Shown here piece after piece: positions 1 to 10,624 of a stretch of DNA of 64,000 bases. The DNA lies in assembly GCA_965216735.1 (NCBI GenBank), contig OZ244198.1, positions 3,009,208-3,073,207 of the forward strand. The letters run 5' to 3'. How positions within the stretch are numbered: position 1 is the stretch's first letter; each line of letters begins with the position of its first letter. The notes below the pieces were generated by a model. The model was not told the origin of the DNA. It saw only the letters and a program-made list of their open reading frames with translations, and made no database searches. The DNA is from Arenicellales bacterium. Lineage in GTDB: Bacteria > Pseudomonadota > Gammaproteobacteria > Arenicellales > CBDCFT01. Both the position numbers and the translations under genes were made by a program.

Positions 1-1632
1 ATTACGCAAGTCCTCGATGGTTTCCAATAAGGGCACCACTTGAATACCGCATGACTCCATGCCTTGCGTATCGGTAAAAGCGCCGGCGAACTTGGCCAGT
101 AAATAAACCCCCAACACATCAGCGGCGCTTTGGGTCATGCTCAACACAAATGTACCGACGGCCTGACGATCGAAATGTCGCCGTGTATCAGCCACAATAC
201 CCAACATCCCAAGTGTGGAAGCCGCCCTACCGGTCAAATCGTTTATCGCGAATGGTGCCTGCCCTTCCAGCGGTTGCGTCAATTGCGTCAGCAGCCATTC
301 TTTCCATTGCTGTGACGCGGGGTCGGGCTGATTCGTGTCCCGGCCCTCGATCAGCCGGTAAATTTCCGCCAAGGCGGCATTGGTGGTAGACGAATTTTCG
401 CGCAAATCCAAACTGACGGTGCGAAAACCAAATACCTCGACCGCATGCCGCAACGGCCGGATCATGGACTTGGCCAAGGATTCGCAGTTTGCATCGATCA
501 AGGCCTGCTCTATCGCTTTCAAGTCATCGACCAATTCTCCGGCATGGGTATATCCAGTTCGTGGACCGTCTCTATCCGTCAATCCGGATTGTGTTGCCCG
601 CAATTTTTTTTGCATGCACACTATATATTGACGAAACAACTCACCGGGATTGCGCGCGCGGATGACTTTACTCTCGCCTGATTGTTGCAAAGCATTGTCC
701 AAACGCGTCTTGAACGATTCCGACACCTCGACGTTGTGAGCGGCGATGCTCATACGTCTTACCAATTGTTCCATTTCCTGCCGGTAACGTTGCAGGCTCA
801 CTTCGCAGTTGGTGTTTAACACAGCGCGGGTCACGTCGTTAGTCACATTGGGATTGCCGTCGCGATCCCCTCCTATCCAGGAGCCGAATTGAAACAAGGG
901 CGGTACATAGAAACTCGCATTCGGATAATGCTCCGCCAACGCATCTTCTAACTTGTCGTACACCCGGGGTGTACCGTCGAACAAGGCCTCATTAAAGAAA
1001 TGTAACCCCCAGGCGACTTCCCGTTCGACTGTGGGTTTTTCGAGAAAAATATCGCCGGTGAGCCACAGCAGTTCGATTTCATTGCGCAGCCTGTCCACCA
1101 ACCCCTGACGTTCGCGTGGTGTCCAACGCTGGTTTTCCAACTCCAGTAGTAACAAATAGATGCGCCTGTGAATCTCCAGCACAGTCACACGCTTGGCTTC
1201 GGTGGGATGGGCGGTAATGACTGGCCGTACCCGCGCGTTATCTAACACGGATTGAATGTCTTCGGCGGGTACACCCGCGGCTGCGGCATCCGCGATCGCG
1301 TGGGCAAAGGTCCCCGGCACCTTGTCGGCACCACGTCCGGTTTCGATGCGCCGGCGTTGACGCATGGCGGCATTCTGTTCCGCAATATTAAGTAGCTGAA
1401 ACCATATACCTTGTGCCTGCAGACTGCGTAATAGTAACTGCCGGTTGCTGGCCGGGATCGCCACCTTGCCTTTTAGTACCGGTTCGATTTCCGGTTGACG
1501 CACACGCACCACGTCGAGCAATAAATCGAACAATATATTGATCGCTTCATCCACAAAAATACCGGTGTGATCGCTGGCATCGTCAACGTCGTCGACGCTG
1601 GATGTTAGAACGGGATTTGGGTGAGTTTGCAT
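1..1632 (-). CDS. ppc: Phosphoenolpyruvate carboxylase, 5' part (runs off the left edge; absent from the ORF track)
   Basis: Manual minus-strand translation from ATG at 1632 (MQTHPNPVL...) contains PEPC motifs VITAHPTEAKR, FGSWIGGDRDGNP and VVPLLETIEDL in one frame. Confidence 0.95.
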   Translation of the reverse strand, partial: MQTHPNPVLTSSVDDVDDASDHTGIFVDEAINILFDLLLDVVRVRQPEIEPVLKGKVAIPASNRQLLLRSLQAQGIWFQLLNIAEQNAAMRQRRRIETGRGADKVPGTFAHAIADAAAAGVPAEDIQSVLDNARVRPVITAHPTEAKRVTVLEIHRRIYLLLLELENQRWTPRERQGLVDRLRNEIELLWLTGDIFLEKPTVEREVAWGLHFFNEALFDGTPRVYDKLEDALAEHYPNASFYVPPLFQFGSWIGGDRDGNPNVTNDVTRAVLNTNCEVSLQRYRQEMEQLVRRMSIAAHNVEVSESFKTRLDNALQQSGESKVIRARNPGELFRQYIVCMQKKLRATQSGLTDRDGPRTGYTHAGELVDDLKAIEQALIDANCESLAKSMIRPLRHAVEVFGFRTVSLDLRENSSTTNAALAEIYRLIEGRDTNQPDPASQQWKEWLLTQLTQPLEGQAPFAINDLTGRAASTLGMLGIVADTRRHFDRQAVGTFVLSMTQSAADVLGVYLLAKFAGAFTDTQGMESCGIQVVPLLETIEDLRN

Positions 1633-1678
1633 CGCTTTGTTTTTAAATCGCTTCAGAACACGCCGGTTCTAAGACGAT

Positions 1679-2650
1679 TTACACCACACGGTCACGGGGC
1701 GCTTTATCGGCAAAAAAGGCATCGAGGTTTTCCAGCACTCGCATACCCATGGCGACACGAGTTTCCTCTGTCGCGCTGCCAAGATGCGGCAACAATACGA
1801 CGTTCTGCATATCGATCAGTTCAGGCGATATGTGGGGTTCGGCTTCGAACACATCGAGGCCTGCGCCCTTGATCGTGCCGGCGCGTAACGCATCGACCAA
1901 TGCCTGCTCTTCGATCACGTCACCGCGGGCGGTATTGACTAAAAATGCCGTTGGTTTCATTAAGGCCAAACGTTCGGCGTTTAACAAATGATACGTATCC
2001 TTGCCCCCGGGACAATGCAGGGAAACGAAATCAGCTTCCTGCAACACCGCTTCGATACTGTCACGGGACTCCGCGCCTAGTGACTTGGCTTCCTCGTCTG
2101 ACGGTGGGTAAGGGTCGTTAAAAATAATACACATGTTAAAACCCTGTGCCGCACGTTTTGCCACCGCCCGTGCGATACGACCGAAACCGATCAGACCCAG
2201 GGTTTTACCGGTGACTTCGGTACCCATCATGTGGGTCGGCCGCCAACCGGTCCAGTCACCAGCGCGGGCATGACGTTCGCCCTCACCCGCACGGCGGGAA
2301 ACCATGAGTAATAAGGTCATGGCGAGATCGGCGGTGGCATCGGTCAACACTTCCGGGGTGTTGGTCACCAACAATCCGCGTGTCTTGGCGGCATCAAGAT
2401 CGATATGATTAAAACCGACGCCGTAACTGCCTAGAATCTTGGTCTTAAGCGGATCCGCGCTCAACACTTCCGCATTGATTTTGTCCGACACCGTGGGACA
2501 CAACGCATCCGCCCGTGCCAAAGCATCGTGCAGTTGCGCTACATCCATGGGGATGTCTTTTTCGTTTAATTCAACATCGTAACGTGCTTGTAACTCGCGT
2601 TCGACAGCTTGCGGCCAGCGCCGAGTAACAATAACTTTTGGTTTGTTCAT
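1679..2650 (-). CDS. D-2-hydroxyacid dehydrogenase (glyoxylate/hydroxypyruvate reductase, GyaR/GhrB-like); probable serine-cycle hydroxypyruvate reductase
   Basis: GFGRIA Rossmann motif, NTARG, GLDVFEAEP, LPHLGSAT; operon context. Confidence 0.88.
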   Translation of the reverse strand: MNKPKVIVTRRWPQAVERELQARYDVELNEKDIPMDVAQLHDALARADALCPTVSDKINAEVLSADPLKTKILGSYGVGFNHIDLDAAKTRGLLVTNTPEVLTDATADLAMTLLLMVSRRAGEGERHARAGDWTGWRPTHMMGTEVTGKTLGLIGFGRIARAVAKRAAQGFNMCIIFNDPYPPSDEEAKSLGAESRDSIEAVLQEADFVSLHCPGGKDTYHLLNAERLALMKPTAFLVNTARGDVIEEQALVDALRAGTIKGAGLDVFEAEPHISPELIDMQNVVLLPHLGSATEETRVAMGMRVLENLDAFFADKAPRDRVV

Positions 2651-2706
2651 AGTTGATGTGTTGTCATTTGTAATATCTACGGACTCTAAGAGCGTTGGTA
2701 AAAAAA

Positions 2707-3588
2707 CTAGCCCAACACTTTTTCCATGGTGGAACCGAATTCCGACGGGTTGGGCACGATGGTGACACCGGCGGCTTGTAGGATCTCGACCTTTTCAGCC
2801 GCACTTTCGCCTTTGGCCGAAATGATGGCGCCGGCGTGACCCATGCGCCGCCCCTTGGGCGCGGTTAAACCGGCGATGTAGGCGGCTACCGGTTTGGTCA
2901 TGTGATGGCGCACGAATTCGGCCGCCTCCGCTTCCTGTGGTCCGCCGATTTCACCGATCATGACTACGGCGTCGGTTTCCGGATCCTGTTCGAATAGTTC
3001 CAATACATCGCGATGTGATGTCCCATTGATGGGATCGCCACCGATGCCGACACTGGTGGAAACACCAATGCCACAGGCTTTCATTTGCGATGCTGCTTCG
3101 TAACCCAGGGTACCTGAGCGACCGACAACCCCGACCCTGCCTTCCATATAGATATGTCCCGGCATGATTCCGAGCAAGGCCTTGCCCGGACTGATGGTGC
3201 CGGCGCAGTTGGGTCCGGTGAGACGCATGCGATTTTCCTTTTTATATCGCCGCATATAACGCTTAACCCGCATCATGTCCTGAGCAGGGATACCGTCGGT
3301 AATAGACACACAGGTTTTTATACCGGCATCCGCGGCCTCCATAATAGAATCGGCGGCATAGGGAGCGGGCACGAAAATAATACTGGCTTCGGCGCCAGTT
3401 TCAGCCACCGCCTCTTTGACCGTATCGAATACCGGCAGCCCAAGGTGGGTGCTGTTACCTTTGCCTGGTGTCACGCCACCCACCACTTTGGTACCGTAGT
3501 CGATCATCTCCTGGGCGTGAAAGGTGCCAATCTTGCCGGTAAAACCCTGCACAATCACAGGGGTTTTTTCATTAATAAGAATAGTCAT
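2707..3588 (-). CDS. mtkB: Malate thiokinase small subunit (SucD family)
   Basis: SucD fold (GPNCAG, RMGHAGA phospho-His); lies between mcl/mtkA and ppc. Confidence 0.88.
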   Translation of the reverse strand: MTILINEKTPVIVQGFTGKIGTFHAQEMIDYGTKVVGGVTPGKGNSTHLGLPVFDTVKEAVAETGAEASIIFVPAPYAADSIMEAADAGIKTCVSITDGIPAQDMMRVKRYMRRYKKENRMRLTGPNCAGTISPGKALLGIMPGHIYMEGRVGVVGRSGTLGYEAASQMKACGIGVSTSVGIGGDPINGTSHRDVLELFEQDPETDAVVMIGEIGGPQEAEAAEFVRHHMTKPVAAYIAGLTAPKGRRMGHAGAIISAKGESAAEKVEILQAAGVTIVPNPSEFGSTMEKVLG

Positions 3589-3591
3589 TAA

Positions 3592-4776
3592 TCAAGCCTC
3601 CGCGGGTTGTGCTGCTTCATTGCGTGCGGTGACGACCTTATGCGCCGCTTCCGCCAGGGTGTCGGCGGTAATAATGGGCAGTCCACTGTCTTTGATAATT
3701 TTCTGGCCTTGTTCCACATTGGTGCCGGACAAACGCACCACCAGGGGTACCTCTACACCCAGTTTTTCCACCGCCTGTACCACACCTTCGGCAATCCAGT
3801 CACAACGATTGATACCGGCAAAAATATTGACCAGCATGGCTTTGACATTGTCGTCGGATAACACCAGACGAAACGCTTTGGCCACACGTTCGGGCGATGC
3901 ACCGCCACCGATATCGAGAAAATTGGCCGGTTCGCCGCCCGCCAGTTTGATCATGTCCATGGTGGCCATGGCCAGCCCGGCACCGTTAATCATGCAACCG
4001 ATATCGCCGTCCAGTCCGACATAACTCAAGCCCCGGTCCGAAGCTGCAGTTTCGCGCGAGTCTTCCTGGGACTTATCGCGCAGCTCGGAGATATTCGGCC
4101 GCCGGAACATGGCGTTATCATCAAAACCCATCTTGGCATCCAACGCCAACAACCGGCCGTCACCGGTCACCACTAGCGGGTTGATTTCGACCATGGTGGC
4201 ATCCAGATCGCGAAAGGCACGGTAACAGCCTTTAAAGGTTTTGACCGCCTGGGCAATCAGCGCCGGCGGCAGGTCCAAACCGAACGCCAGTTCCCGTGCC
4301 TGAAAATCCTGTACACCCACGGCTACCTCTACCGGCACCCGCAAAATGGCTTTGGGTTTTGTCGCAGCCAACTCCTCGATCTCCATACCGCCTTCGCTGG
4401 ACGCCACCATGACCACACGTTCCTGGGCTCGATCCAGCACCAGGGCGAAATACAATTCGCGTTCGATGTCAGTAGCGGCTTCGACATACAGACGGTAAAC
4501 CACCTTGCCCTTGGGGCCGGTTTGATGAGTCACCAGACGTTTACCTAGCAACTCGTCCGCCGCGTCCCATACTTCGTTGTCATTGGAACAGACTTTGACA
4601 CCGCCGGCTTTACCACGGGCACCGGAATGAATCTGGGCTTTCACCACCCATTTGTCGCCGCCGATTTCCTTGCAACGAAACACCGCTTGCTCCGGGCTGT
4701 ACGCGAGTCCACCGGAGGGAATGGCGACATCGAAATCGGATAATAATTCTTTTGCTTGATACTCGTGAATGTCCAT
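3592..4776 (-). CDS. mtkA: Malate thiokinase large subunit (SucC family)
   Basis: [36 protein letters not shown] (Mtk-type rather than SucC GGIVRCD); adjacent to mcl. Confidence 0.9.
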   Translation of the reverse strand: MDIHEYQAKELLSDFDVAIPSGGLAYSPEQAVFRCKEIGGDKWVVKAQIHSGARGKAGGVKVCSNDNEVWDAADELLGKRLVTHQTGPKGKVVYRLYVEAATDIERELYFALVLDRAQERVVMVASSEGGMEIEELAATKPKAILRVPVEVAVGVQDFQARELAFGLDLPPALIAQAVKTFKGCYRAFRDLDATMVEINPLVVTGDGRLLALDAKMGFDDNAMFRRPNISELRDKSQEDSRETAASDRGLSYVGLDGDIGCMINGAGLAMATMDMIKLAGGEPANFLDIGGGASPERVAKAFRLVLSDDNVKAMLVNIFAGINRCDWIAEGVVQAVEKLGVEVPLVVRLSGTNVEQGQKIIKDSGLPIITADTLAEAAHKVVTARNEAAQPAEA

Positions 4777-4790
4777 TGTTTTTCTCCTGG

Positions 4791-5735
4791 TTATGCGCTC
4801 TTGGCCTGAATGGCTTCGTCGATACTGACGATGTTCTCCGCCATACGCGCCGAGGCGGCGTCAATCATACGGCCGTTGAGTTGCGCTGCGCCCCTGCCCA
4901 TAACGGCGGCTTCTTGCAACGCTTTGAGAACTGCACGGGCGTGTTCGACTTCGGCCACCGGTGGTGAAAACACTTCGTTGGCTAGTGCAATCTGCGACGG
5001 ATGAATGGCCCACTTGCCAGCGTAACCGAGTGCTGCTGCACGTTTTGCACTTAAGATGTAACCGTCGGGATCGTTAAAATCTCCGAACGGTCCATCAATG
5101 GGCCGCAAACCGTACGCACGGCATGCCACCAACATCTGTGATAAACCGTGGTGCCATTGATCCGCGGGGTAATCCGGATTCAATCCCCCGATGTTAACGG
5201 TGCGTGCACGGCAACTCGCGGCGTAGTCGGCCACACCGAAATGTAGGGCTTCCATACGCGGACTGGATGTAGCGATGGCATCGACATTGACCATGCCCAG
5301 GGTAGTCTCGATCAACGCTTCAATACCGATACGGTTGGTATAACCCTTGGCTTCTTCTATTTGAGTCAACATGGCATCCACCATGTAAACGTCTGCCGCC
5401 ACACCGACCTTGGGAATCAGGATAGTATCGATTTTATCGCCGGCTTGTTCCACCAAATCGACCACATCACGATACATATAATGTGTATCGATACTGTTGA
5501 TACGAATGGACAATGTTTTACCCTTGCCACGCCAGTTGATGTCGTTCAGTGCTTCGATGATGTTTTTACGCGCCTGCTCCTTGTCCGTCGGTGCGACTGC
5601 ATCCTCAAGATCGAGGAATACATAATCGACATCGCTGTTAGCGGCTTTTTCAAACATGTTTGGATTGGATCCGGGTACCGCCAGTTCACTGCGCTGCAGA
5701 CGCTGACAAGCTTGCGGGTATTGTGTGTGACTCAT
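4791..5735 (-). CDS. mcl: Malyl-CoA lyase (CitE/HpcH family)
   Basis: [43 protein letters not shown]. Confidence 0.92.
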   Translation of the reverse strand: MSHTQYPQACQRLQRSELAVPGSNPNMFEKAANSDVDYVFLDLEDAVAPTDKEQARKNIIEALNDINWRGKGKTLSIRINSIDTHYMYRDVVDLVEQAGDKIDTILIPKVGVAADVYMVDAMLTQIEEAKGYTNRIGIEALIETTLGMVNVDAIATSSPRMEALHFGVADYAASCRARTVNIGGLNPDYPADQWHHGLSQMLVACRAYGLRPIDGPFGDFNDPDGYILSAKRAAALGYAGKWAIHPSQIALANEVFSPPVAEVEHARAVLKALQEAAVMGRGAAQLNGRMIDAASARMAENIVSIDEAIQAKSA

Positions 5736-5912
5736 TGGAATTTACTAAGTTAAGAATGTGAATAATGTGAATGAGGAATTTAAATTGACAGTTCTTAGGT
5801 TCTGAGTCAGTTTTCGCACTACGGAGACAACGCGGAAACCAACTGATGGAACTCAAGTAAAAAAACTCGATGGCCGTTGTGTTTTTTGGCTAAGTTCTTT
5901 TTCGAGGTTTTA

Positions 5913-7052
5913 TCAAGCGGCAACCGTGGCCTTTCCCCGGATTTCACGCATTGTTATGTCTATACAACCTAGGCATCGCTCGACAACGCTGGACCGGCTG
6001 CCCTCACCCATAAGACCGATGCGCCAAATCTTGCCCGCCAGTTTGCCCAAACCAGCACCGATTTCGATGTCGTGTCGGTAGTGCATCGCTTTTCGGAATG
6101 ACGCATCGTCTACATCCGCGGGTATTTTGACGGCGTTCAACGACGGCAGTTGTTCATTCTCTGGCACCAGGTATTCCAATCCGATGTCTTTTAACCCACT
6201 GCGCAAGGCCAGGTGATTTCTGCTGTGACGTGACCAGGATTCCTCAATGCCTTCTTCTTTCAACATCAGTAAGGCTTCGTGCAAACCATAGATAGCATTG
6301 ACCGGCGCCGTGTGATGATAAACCCGTTGGTCACCGGCCCAATAGTCCATGATCAAACTCAGATCCAAAAACCAGCTCTGGGCTTTGGTTTTTCTGGCGC
6401 GAACCTTTTCCAACGCGCGCCCGTTGAGCGACACCGGGGATAAACCAGGCGGACAAGACAAACATTTCTGAGTTCCCGAATACACTGCGTCGATACCCCA
6501 GGCGTCCACTTCCAGAGACACACCACCCAACGAGGTCACAGCATCGACAATAGTTAAGGCACCGTGTCCTCGTGCGATGGCGCACAAAGACTCTGCATCG
6601 GTTAATGCACCGGTGGAGGTTTCCGCATGCACAAATGCGAGTATCTTGGTATCGGGATGGTTTTGAAACGCTTCTTCAACAAGCTCCGGTGGTACCGCTC
6701 TTCCCCACTGCACATCGACGATTTCCGGTATTCCCCGGCAACGTTCTACGATTTCGGCCATACGTGTGCCGAATACACCATTGCGACAGACGATCACTTT
6801 GTCACCCGGTTCAACGAGGTTAACAAAACATGCCTCCATACCGGCAGAACCCGGACCCGAAATCGGTAAGGTCATTTCGTTTGTTGTTCGAAACGCGTAA
6901 CGTAATAACTCCTTGACTTCTTCCATCAAAGAAAGAAAAACCGGATCTAGATGACCCAGTGTGGGACGCGCAAGCGCCGACAACACACGCCAGTGAACCG
7001 GTGATGGACCGGGTCCTAATAACAATCGAGTGGGTGGATTGAAAGTCGTCAT
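5913..7052 (-). CDS. Class V PLP aminotransferase (alanine/serine:glyoxylate aminotransferase type)
   Basis: LLLGPGPS, HAETSTG, DAVTSLGG, SGTQKCL PLP-lysine; start placed at MTTFNPP (7052) because the upstream 36 codons are AT-rich and non-homologous. Confidence 0.9.
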   Translation of the reverse strand: MTTFNPPTRLLLGPGPSPVHWRVLSALARPTLGHLDPVFLSLMEEVKELLRYAFRTTNEMTLPISGPGSAGMEACFVNLVEPGDKVIVCRNGVFGTRMAEIVERCRGIPEIVDVQWGRAVPPELVEEAFQNHPDTKILAFVHAETSTGALTDAESLCAIARGHGALTIVDAVTSLGGVSLEVDAWGIDAVYSGTQKCLSCPPGLSPVSLNGRALEKVRARKTKAQSWFLDLSLIMDYWAGDQRVYHHTAPVNAIYGLHEALLMLKEEGIEESWSRHSRNHLALRSGLKDIGLEYLVPENEQLPSLNAVKIPADVDDASFRKAMHYRHDIEIGAGLGKLAGKIWRIGLMGEGSRSSVVERCLGCIDITMREIRGKATVAA

Positions 7053-7217
7053 CGTTATATTGATATTGTTTGTCAAAATTCTGAATGGGAATTCAATGTA
7101 TTTTGGATTTTCTCTTCGCAACAAAATAATTCTTTCCTGTGAATTATATTGTTGAGCCATGAATTACCAAACAGTGAGAATAAACGTATCGGTTGTAAAA
7201 ATAATATTAAGTAGTTG

Positions 7218-7262
7218 TTATCGTTTTCATAGATAAATGTTTATCGTTTCCACACCAGATAA
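7218..7262. promoter_or_regulatory. Putative LysR-type binding region upstream of the serine-cycle operon
   Basis: TTATC-N9-GATAA (contains T-N11-A) at 7218-7236 and TTATC-N12-GATAA at 7241-7262; TTATCGTTT repeated 23 bp apart. Confidence 0.45.
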
Positions 7263-7519
7263 CGCATGTTAGTGAAAACCATTGTTTAGTCGTTTGATTA
7301 TTTACCGTGGGCAACGATGAATTTCACATATTGGATCATGATTGGTCTACTGCTTTTATGTTATTTGAAGCGAACGAGTACCCACGACCCCGATCCACTG
7401 GTTTTGAGATTCGGTTGAAAACCCACTGGACATTTGTCGACATTTTCAGGACTAACAGGACCCATGACCGCTAATAACATTTCACGCCTTCTCCGTGTTC
7501 GTTATTCCATTGGAAAATC

Positions 7520-7796
7520 CTTCGGTGTATATAGTAGGAACCTGTAACGGGGCGGTCATTGCGGTGTATCCTGTAGCCATATTTATCAAATTTGGGATGG
7601 ATTATTCCGCCCAAGCATACGGTCGTGTGTTTGTAGCATGGGGTGTGGCAGGAGTCAGCGCGCCGTAGTTTACAGGGTTTTGTTTGACCAAACAGGAAGC
7701 TGCGCAGCAGCATTTTTATTCGCATGTATCGCCGCTGCCGGTTCGGTCATTGTTGCTGCATTTACAGTAATTACCTCAGCACGCGTCACCACTTAA
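7520..7796 (+). pseudogene. Remnant of an MFS transporter C-terminus (OFA/oxalate:formate antiporter-like)
   Basis: Reads GAVIAVYPVAIFIKFG...YGRVFVAWGVAGVSAP*FTG then frameshifts to LFDQTGSCAAAFLFACIAAAG; TAG at 7666-7668. Confidence 0.7.
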
Positions 7797-8069
7797 TTTG
7801 TCGTCAAGGCCGTTTAGCACCCCCCTTCTACCAAAGACTTACTCCGGATTGTTTGATCAGTTCTCACCACAGACCGAATAGTTTTGTTCATCCTCATTTG
7901 GCTCACGTAATCTGGGTATCAACAAGACCCGAGCGTTTTTCAGCACGTTCTCGAAACAATTGAAACAAAATGATTCATTTTCGAAATCATATGGAAACCT
8001 GATATCTCCATAATGCCGCTCCATGTTCAGCAAGGGACTGAACAACTTTTCTTAGCTACATAACAGGAG

Positions 8070-8387
8070 ATGGCAGAAATGACCGCAATAAACTCAACAG
8101 AGAAAAGCGATTTCACGGGTACCCCGGCAGGTCTTGCGATGGGTTTGACTGCACCTGCAATACAACTCGGCGAAGATGTTACCACGGTAATCAAGACGGC
8201 ATTTGAGATGGTTAGCGACTTTGGCCGCGAAGTTTCACGCCGGCATCGGCGCAACAAGACCATTCGCACGCTGAACGGGTTGAGCAACCATACCTTGAAG
8301 GATATCGGTATGTCGCGATCCGATATTTACCGGGTAGCCGACGAAATGTCGCGTCAATCTAAGGAAGCTCTGAATAAGTTTGAATAG
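8070..8387 (+). CDS. DUF1127 (YjiS-like) small protein; C-terminus altered by IS5
   Basis: RRHRRNKTIRTLNGLSNHTLKDIGMSRSDI signature; RBS AGGAG upstream. Confidence 0.8.
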   Translation: MAEMTAINSTEKSDFTGTPAGLAMGLTAPAIQLGEDVTTVIKTAFEMVSDFGREVSRRHRRNKTIRTLNGLSNHTLKDIGMSRSDIYRVADEMSRQSKEALNKFE

Positions 8388-9511
8388 ATGAGATAATACG
8401 TTATCGCACAAACGGGATATAAACCAGATGAATGGTTCAAGTTTCGCAGATCTTGAATATTCGGTAAAAAAGAGAACCACACGTAAAGAGAAGTTTCTCG
8501 CGGAAATGGATGAAGTTCTGCCGTGGAAAGAGTTATTGAGTGTTATCAAGAGCTACTATCCCAAGGCAGGTAATGGACGCCCGCCGATTGCGCTGGAGTC
8601 CATGCTGCGCATTTACTTTATGCAGCAATGGTATGGGTTAAGTGACCCTGCAATGGAAGACAGTCTTTATGATATGACGTCAATGCGTTTGTTTGCTGGA
8701 CTCGGATTGGACAACATTCCGGATGAGTCGACGATTCTGCGATTTCGTCATCGTCTGGAACGCCACCATCTCACTGAGAAGCTGTTTCGCAAGACAGAGC
8801 ACTACCTGTCGCAACGCAATTTGATATTGAGTGAGGGTACGATAGTGGATGCCACGATCATCGCCGCGCCGAGTTCGACCAAGAATGAGAACAAAGAACG
8901 TGACCCGGACATGAGGCAGACCAAGAAAGGGAACATGTGGTATTTTGGGATGAAGGTACATATTGGAACAGACACACAGGGCCGGGTGCATAGTGTGGTG
9001 GTGACCGATGCGAGTGTTCATGATTCTCAAGTTATGGATGACCTCATCCATGGGGATGAACAGGTTATCTATGGAGACAAGGCGTATGCCAGCGCTGCCC
9101 GCAAAGAGGAAATGGAAGAAGCCGGGGTAACATGGCGGGTCAACCGCAAAGCGCGTCGTGGCAAGAAACTAAACTGTGCGGATCACTCGTTCAACCGAAA
9201 GAGTAATCGCACGCGGGCCAAAGTGGAGCATCTATTTGGCGTGGTCAAGCACCTGTGGGGGTATCGCAAAGTGAGGTACAAGGGACTCGATAAGAATGCG
9301 AGTCAGGTGTTTACGTTGATGGCGCTGGCCAATTTATACATGGCGAGACGCGAACTCGCTACCTGATAAGGATTGTTGCGTCTTGAGATCAGACAATGAT
9401 CAAAAAGAGCGACAAAAATCACATCAGCTAAACCGACCACTATCAACATTAGGATTAAAGTATGTCAGTGATTGCAAACCTACTCTATTAGGTAACTTGT
9501 TCAGAGCTTCC
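8363..9511 (+). mobile_element. IS5-family insertion sequence (1149 bp)
   Basis: Terminal IRs GGAAGCTCTGAATAAGTT (8363-8380) / AACTTGTTCAGAGCTTCC (9494-9511), 17/18 match; CTAA target duplication at 8359-8362 and 9512-9515. Confidence 0.95.
8428..9366 (+). CDS. IS5-family DDE transposase
   Basis: GRPP, LSDPAMED, PDESTILRFR, VDATII, YFGMKVH, GDKAY, RAKVEHLF motifs. Confidence 0.96.
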   Translation: MNGSSFADLEYSVKKRTTRKEKFLAEMDEVLPWKELLSVIKSYYPKAGNGRPPIALESMLRIYFMQQWYGLSDPAMEDSLYDMTSMRLFAGLGLDNIPDESTILRFRHRLERHHLTEKLFRKTEHYLSQRNLILSEGTIVDATIIAAPSSTKNENKERDPDMRQTKKGNMWYFGMKVHIGTDTQGRVHSVVVTDASVHDSQVMDDLIHGDEQVIYGDKAYASAARKEEMEEAGVTWRVNRKARRGKKLNCADHSFNRKSNRTRAKVEHLFGVVKHLWGYRKVRYKGLDKNASQVFTLMALANLYMARRELAT

Positions 9512-9524
9512 CTAAGTAACCACG

Positions 9525-9851
9525 GTGACAAACGGTGACAGGACTCTCCCCATGACTGTTAAATTGTTCAACGTTACAACCGAGGATACCCATTTCGTGA
9601 TCGGGCTAAGCTACGGACAACTTGTCGAGTTAAACACGTCGTCCGTAGCTTTAGCTCAAGCCGAAAGTTTGAAAGAAAAGTTGGATTATGTCGGCCGTAT
9701 TCCGGTTTGGATTTATGGTGTAAACAACGAGGACTACGATGCACTTTCAGCCGAACCTTTGGAACCAATCAACCTGCACGCTGATGTAATCGAGGAGATT
9801 GAGCCAATTCGCCGGTTTATTAAGTGTGGTTTTCCAACTGCTAATGTGTAG
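9525..9851 (+). CDS. Hypothetical protein (start may be ATG at 9552)
   Basis: 108-aa ORF filling the gap between IS5 and the convergent regulator; no function recognised. Confidence 0.55.
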   Translation: MTNGDRTLPMTVKLFNVTTEDTHFVIGLSYGQLVELNTSSVALAQAESLKEKLDYVGRIPVWIYGVNNEDYDALSAEPLEPINLHADVIEEIEPIRRFIKCGFPTANV

Positions 9852-9908
9852 CATCCACAGACGCTACACGGTTACCGAGTGACATTCTGGATAGTTGAAT
9901 CTAAAACT

Positions 9909-10622
9909 TTATTGTTCGTCGCTGACGAACATATATCCCGCACCACGGATTGTTTTTATTACACGGGGTTTAGCAGGATCGGGTTCGATTTTACGGCGCA
10001 AACGGGCGATGCGAATATCGATGCTGCGGTCGTAGGGGTCCCACTCGCGGTTATGTGCCAGATTAAGTAATTGATCGCGATTCAACGCTTTGTCCGGATT
10101 GTCGGCAAAAGCTTTTAATAAATCATATTCCATATTAGTAATCGCTACTTCATTACCAGCTGCATCGTACAAGCGATGCGCATCGATATCTAAGCTACAT
10201 TGTCCAAATTGAATTCGGTCAGCTTTATTCGCGGACTGGGTAGAAGACACACCGACCAACCGGCGAGTAACACTTTTCACTCTCGCTAATAGCTCACGGG
10301 GTTCAAAAGGTTTGGTCATGTAGTCATCCGCGCCCATCTCAAGACCGATCACACGATCGACCACGTCGGCGGCCGCCGTAAGCATTATTATTCCCACATC
10401 ATGATTTGCCCGTAAATAACGCGCCAAAGTGAGCCCATCCTCGCCGGGCATGGTGATATCTAGTATGACAATGTCATAGTCATTATTGTTAAATTGTTGA
10501 CGCATTTGCTCGCCACCATCTGCGGCGTCCACGGTGAAACCGTGCTTACTCAGATATTTACGCACCATCCAACGAACGTCGGAATCGTCGTCGACAACTA
10601 ATATACGATTGTGTTTTGTCAT
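9909..10622 (-). CDS. OmpR/TorR-family response regulator
   Basis: Receiver (VVDDD, LDITMP, KPF) plus winged helix (DRSIDIRIARLRRKIE, TIRGAGY). Confidence 0.93.
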   Translation of the reverse strand: MTKHNRILVVDDDSDVRWMVRKYLSKHGFTVDAADGGEQMRQQFNNNDYDIVILDITMPGEDGLTLARYLRANHDVGIIMLTAAADVVDRVIGLEMGADDYMTKPFEPRELLARVKSVTRRLVGVSSTQSANKADRIQFGQCSLDIDAHRLYDAAGNEVAITNMEYDLLKAFADNPDKALNRDQLLNLAHNREWDPYDRSIDIRIARLRRKIEPDPAKPRVIKTIRGAGYMFVSDEQ

Positions 10623-10624
10623 AG

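Noticed and set aside
130-681. Short plus-strand ORFs at the left edge
   Set aside because: Antisense shadows of ppc, which occupies 1-1632 on the minus strand
2707-4776. Calling these genes TCA-cycle sucCD
   Set aside because: Mtk-type motifs and mcl/ppc context, no sucAB nearby
8031-8050. GGGACTGAACAACTT resembling the IS5 inverted repeat
   Set aside because: Partial match only, no partner end or target duplication
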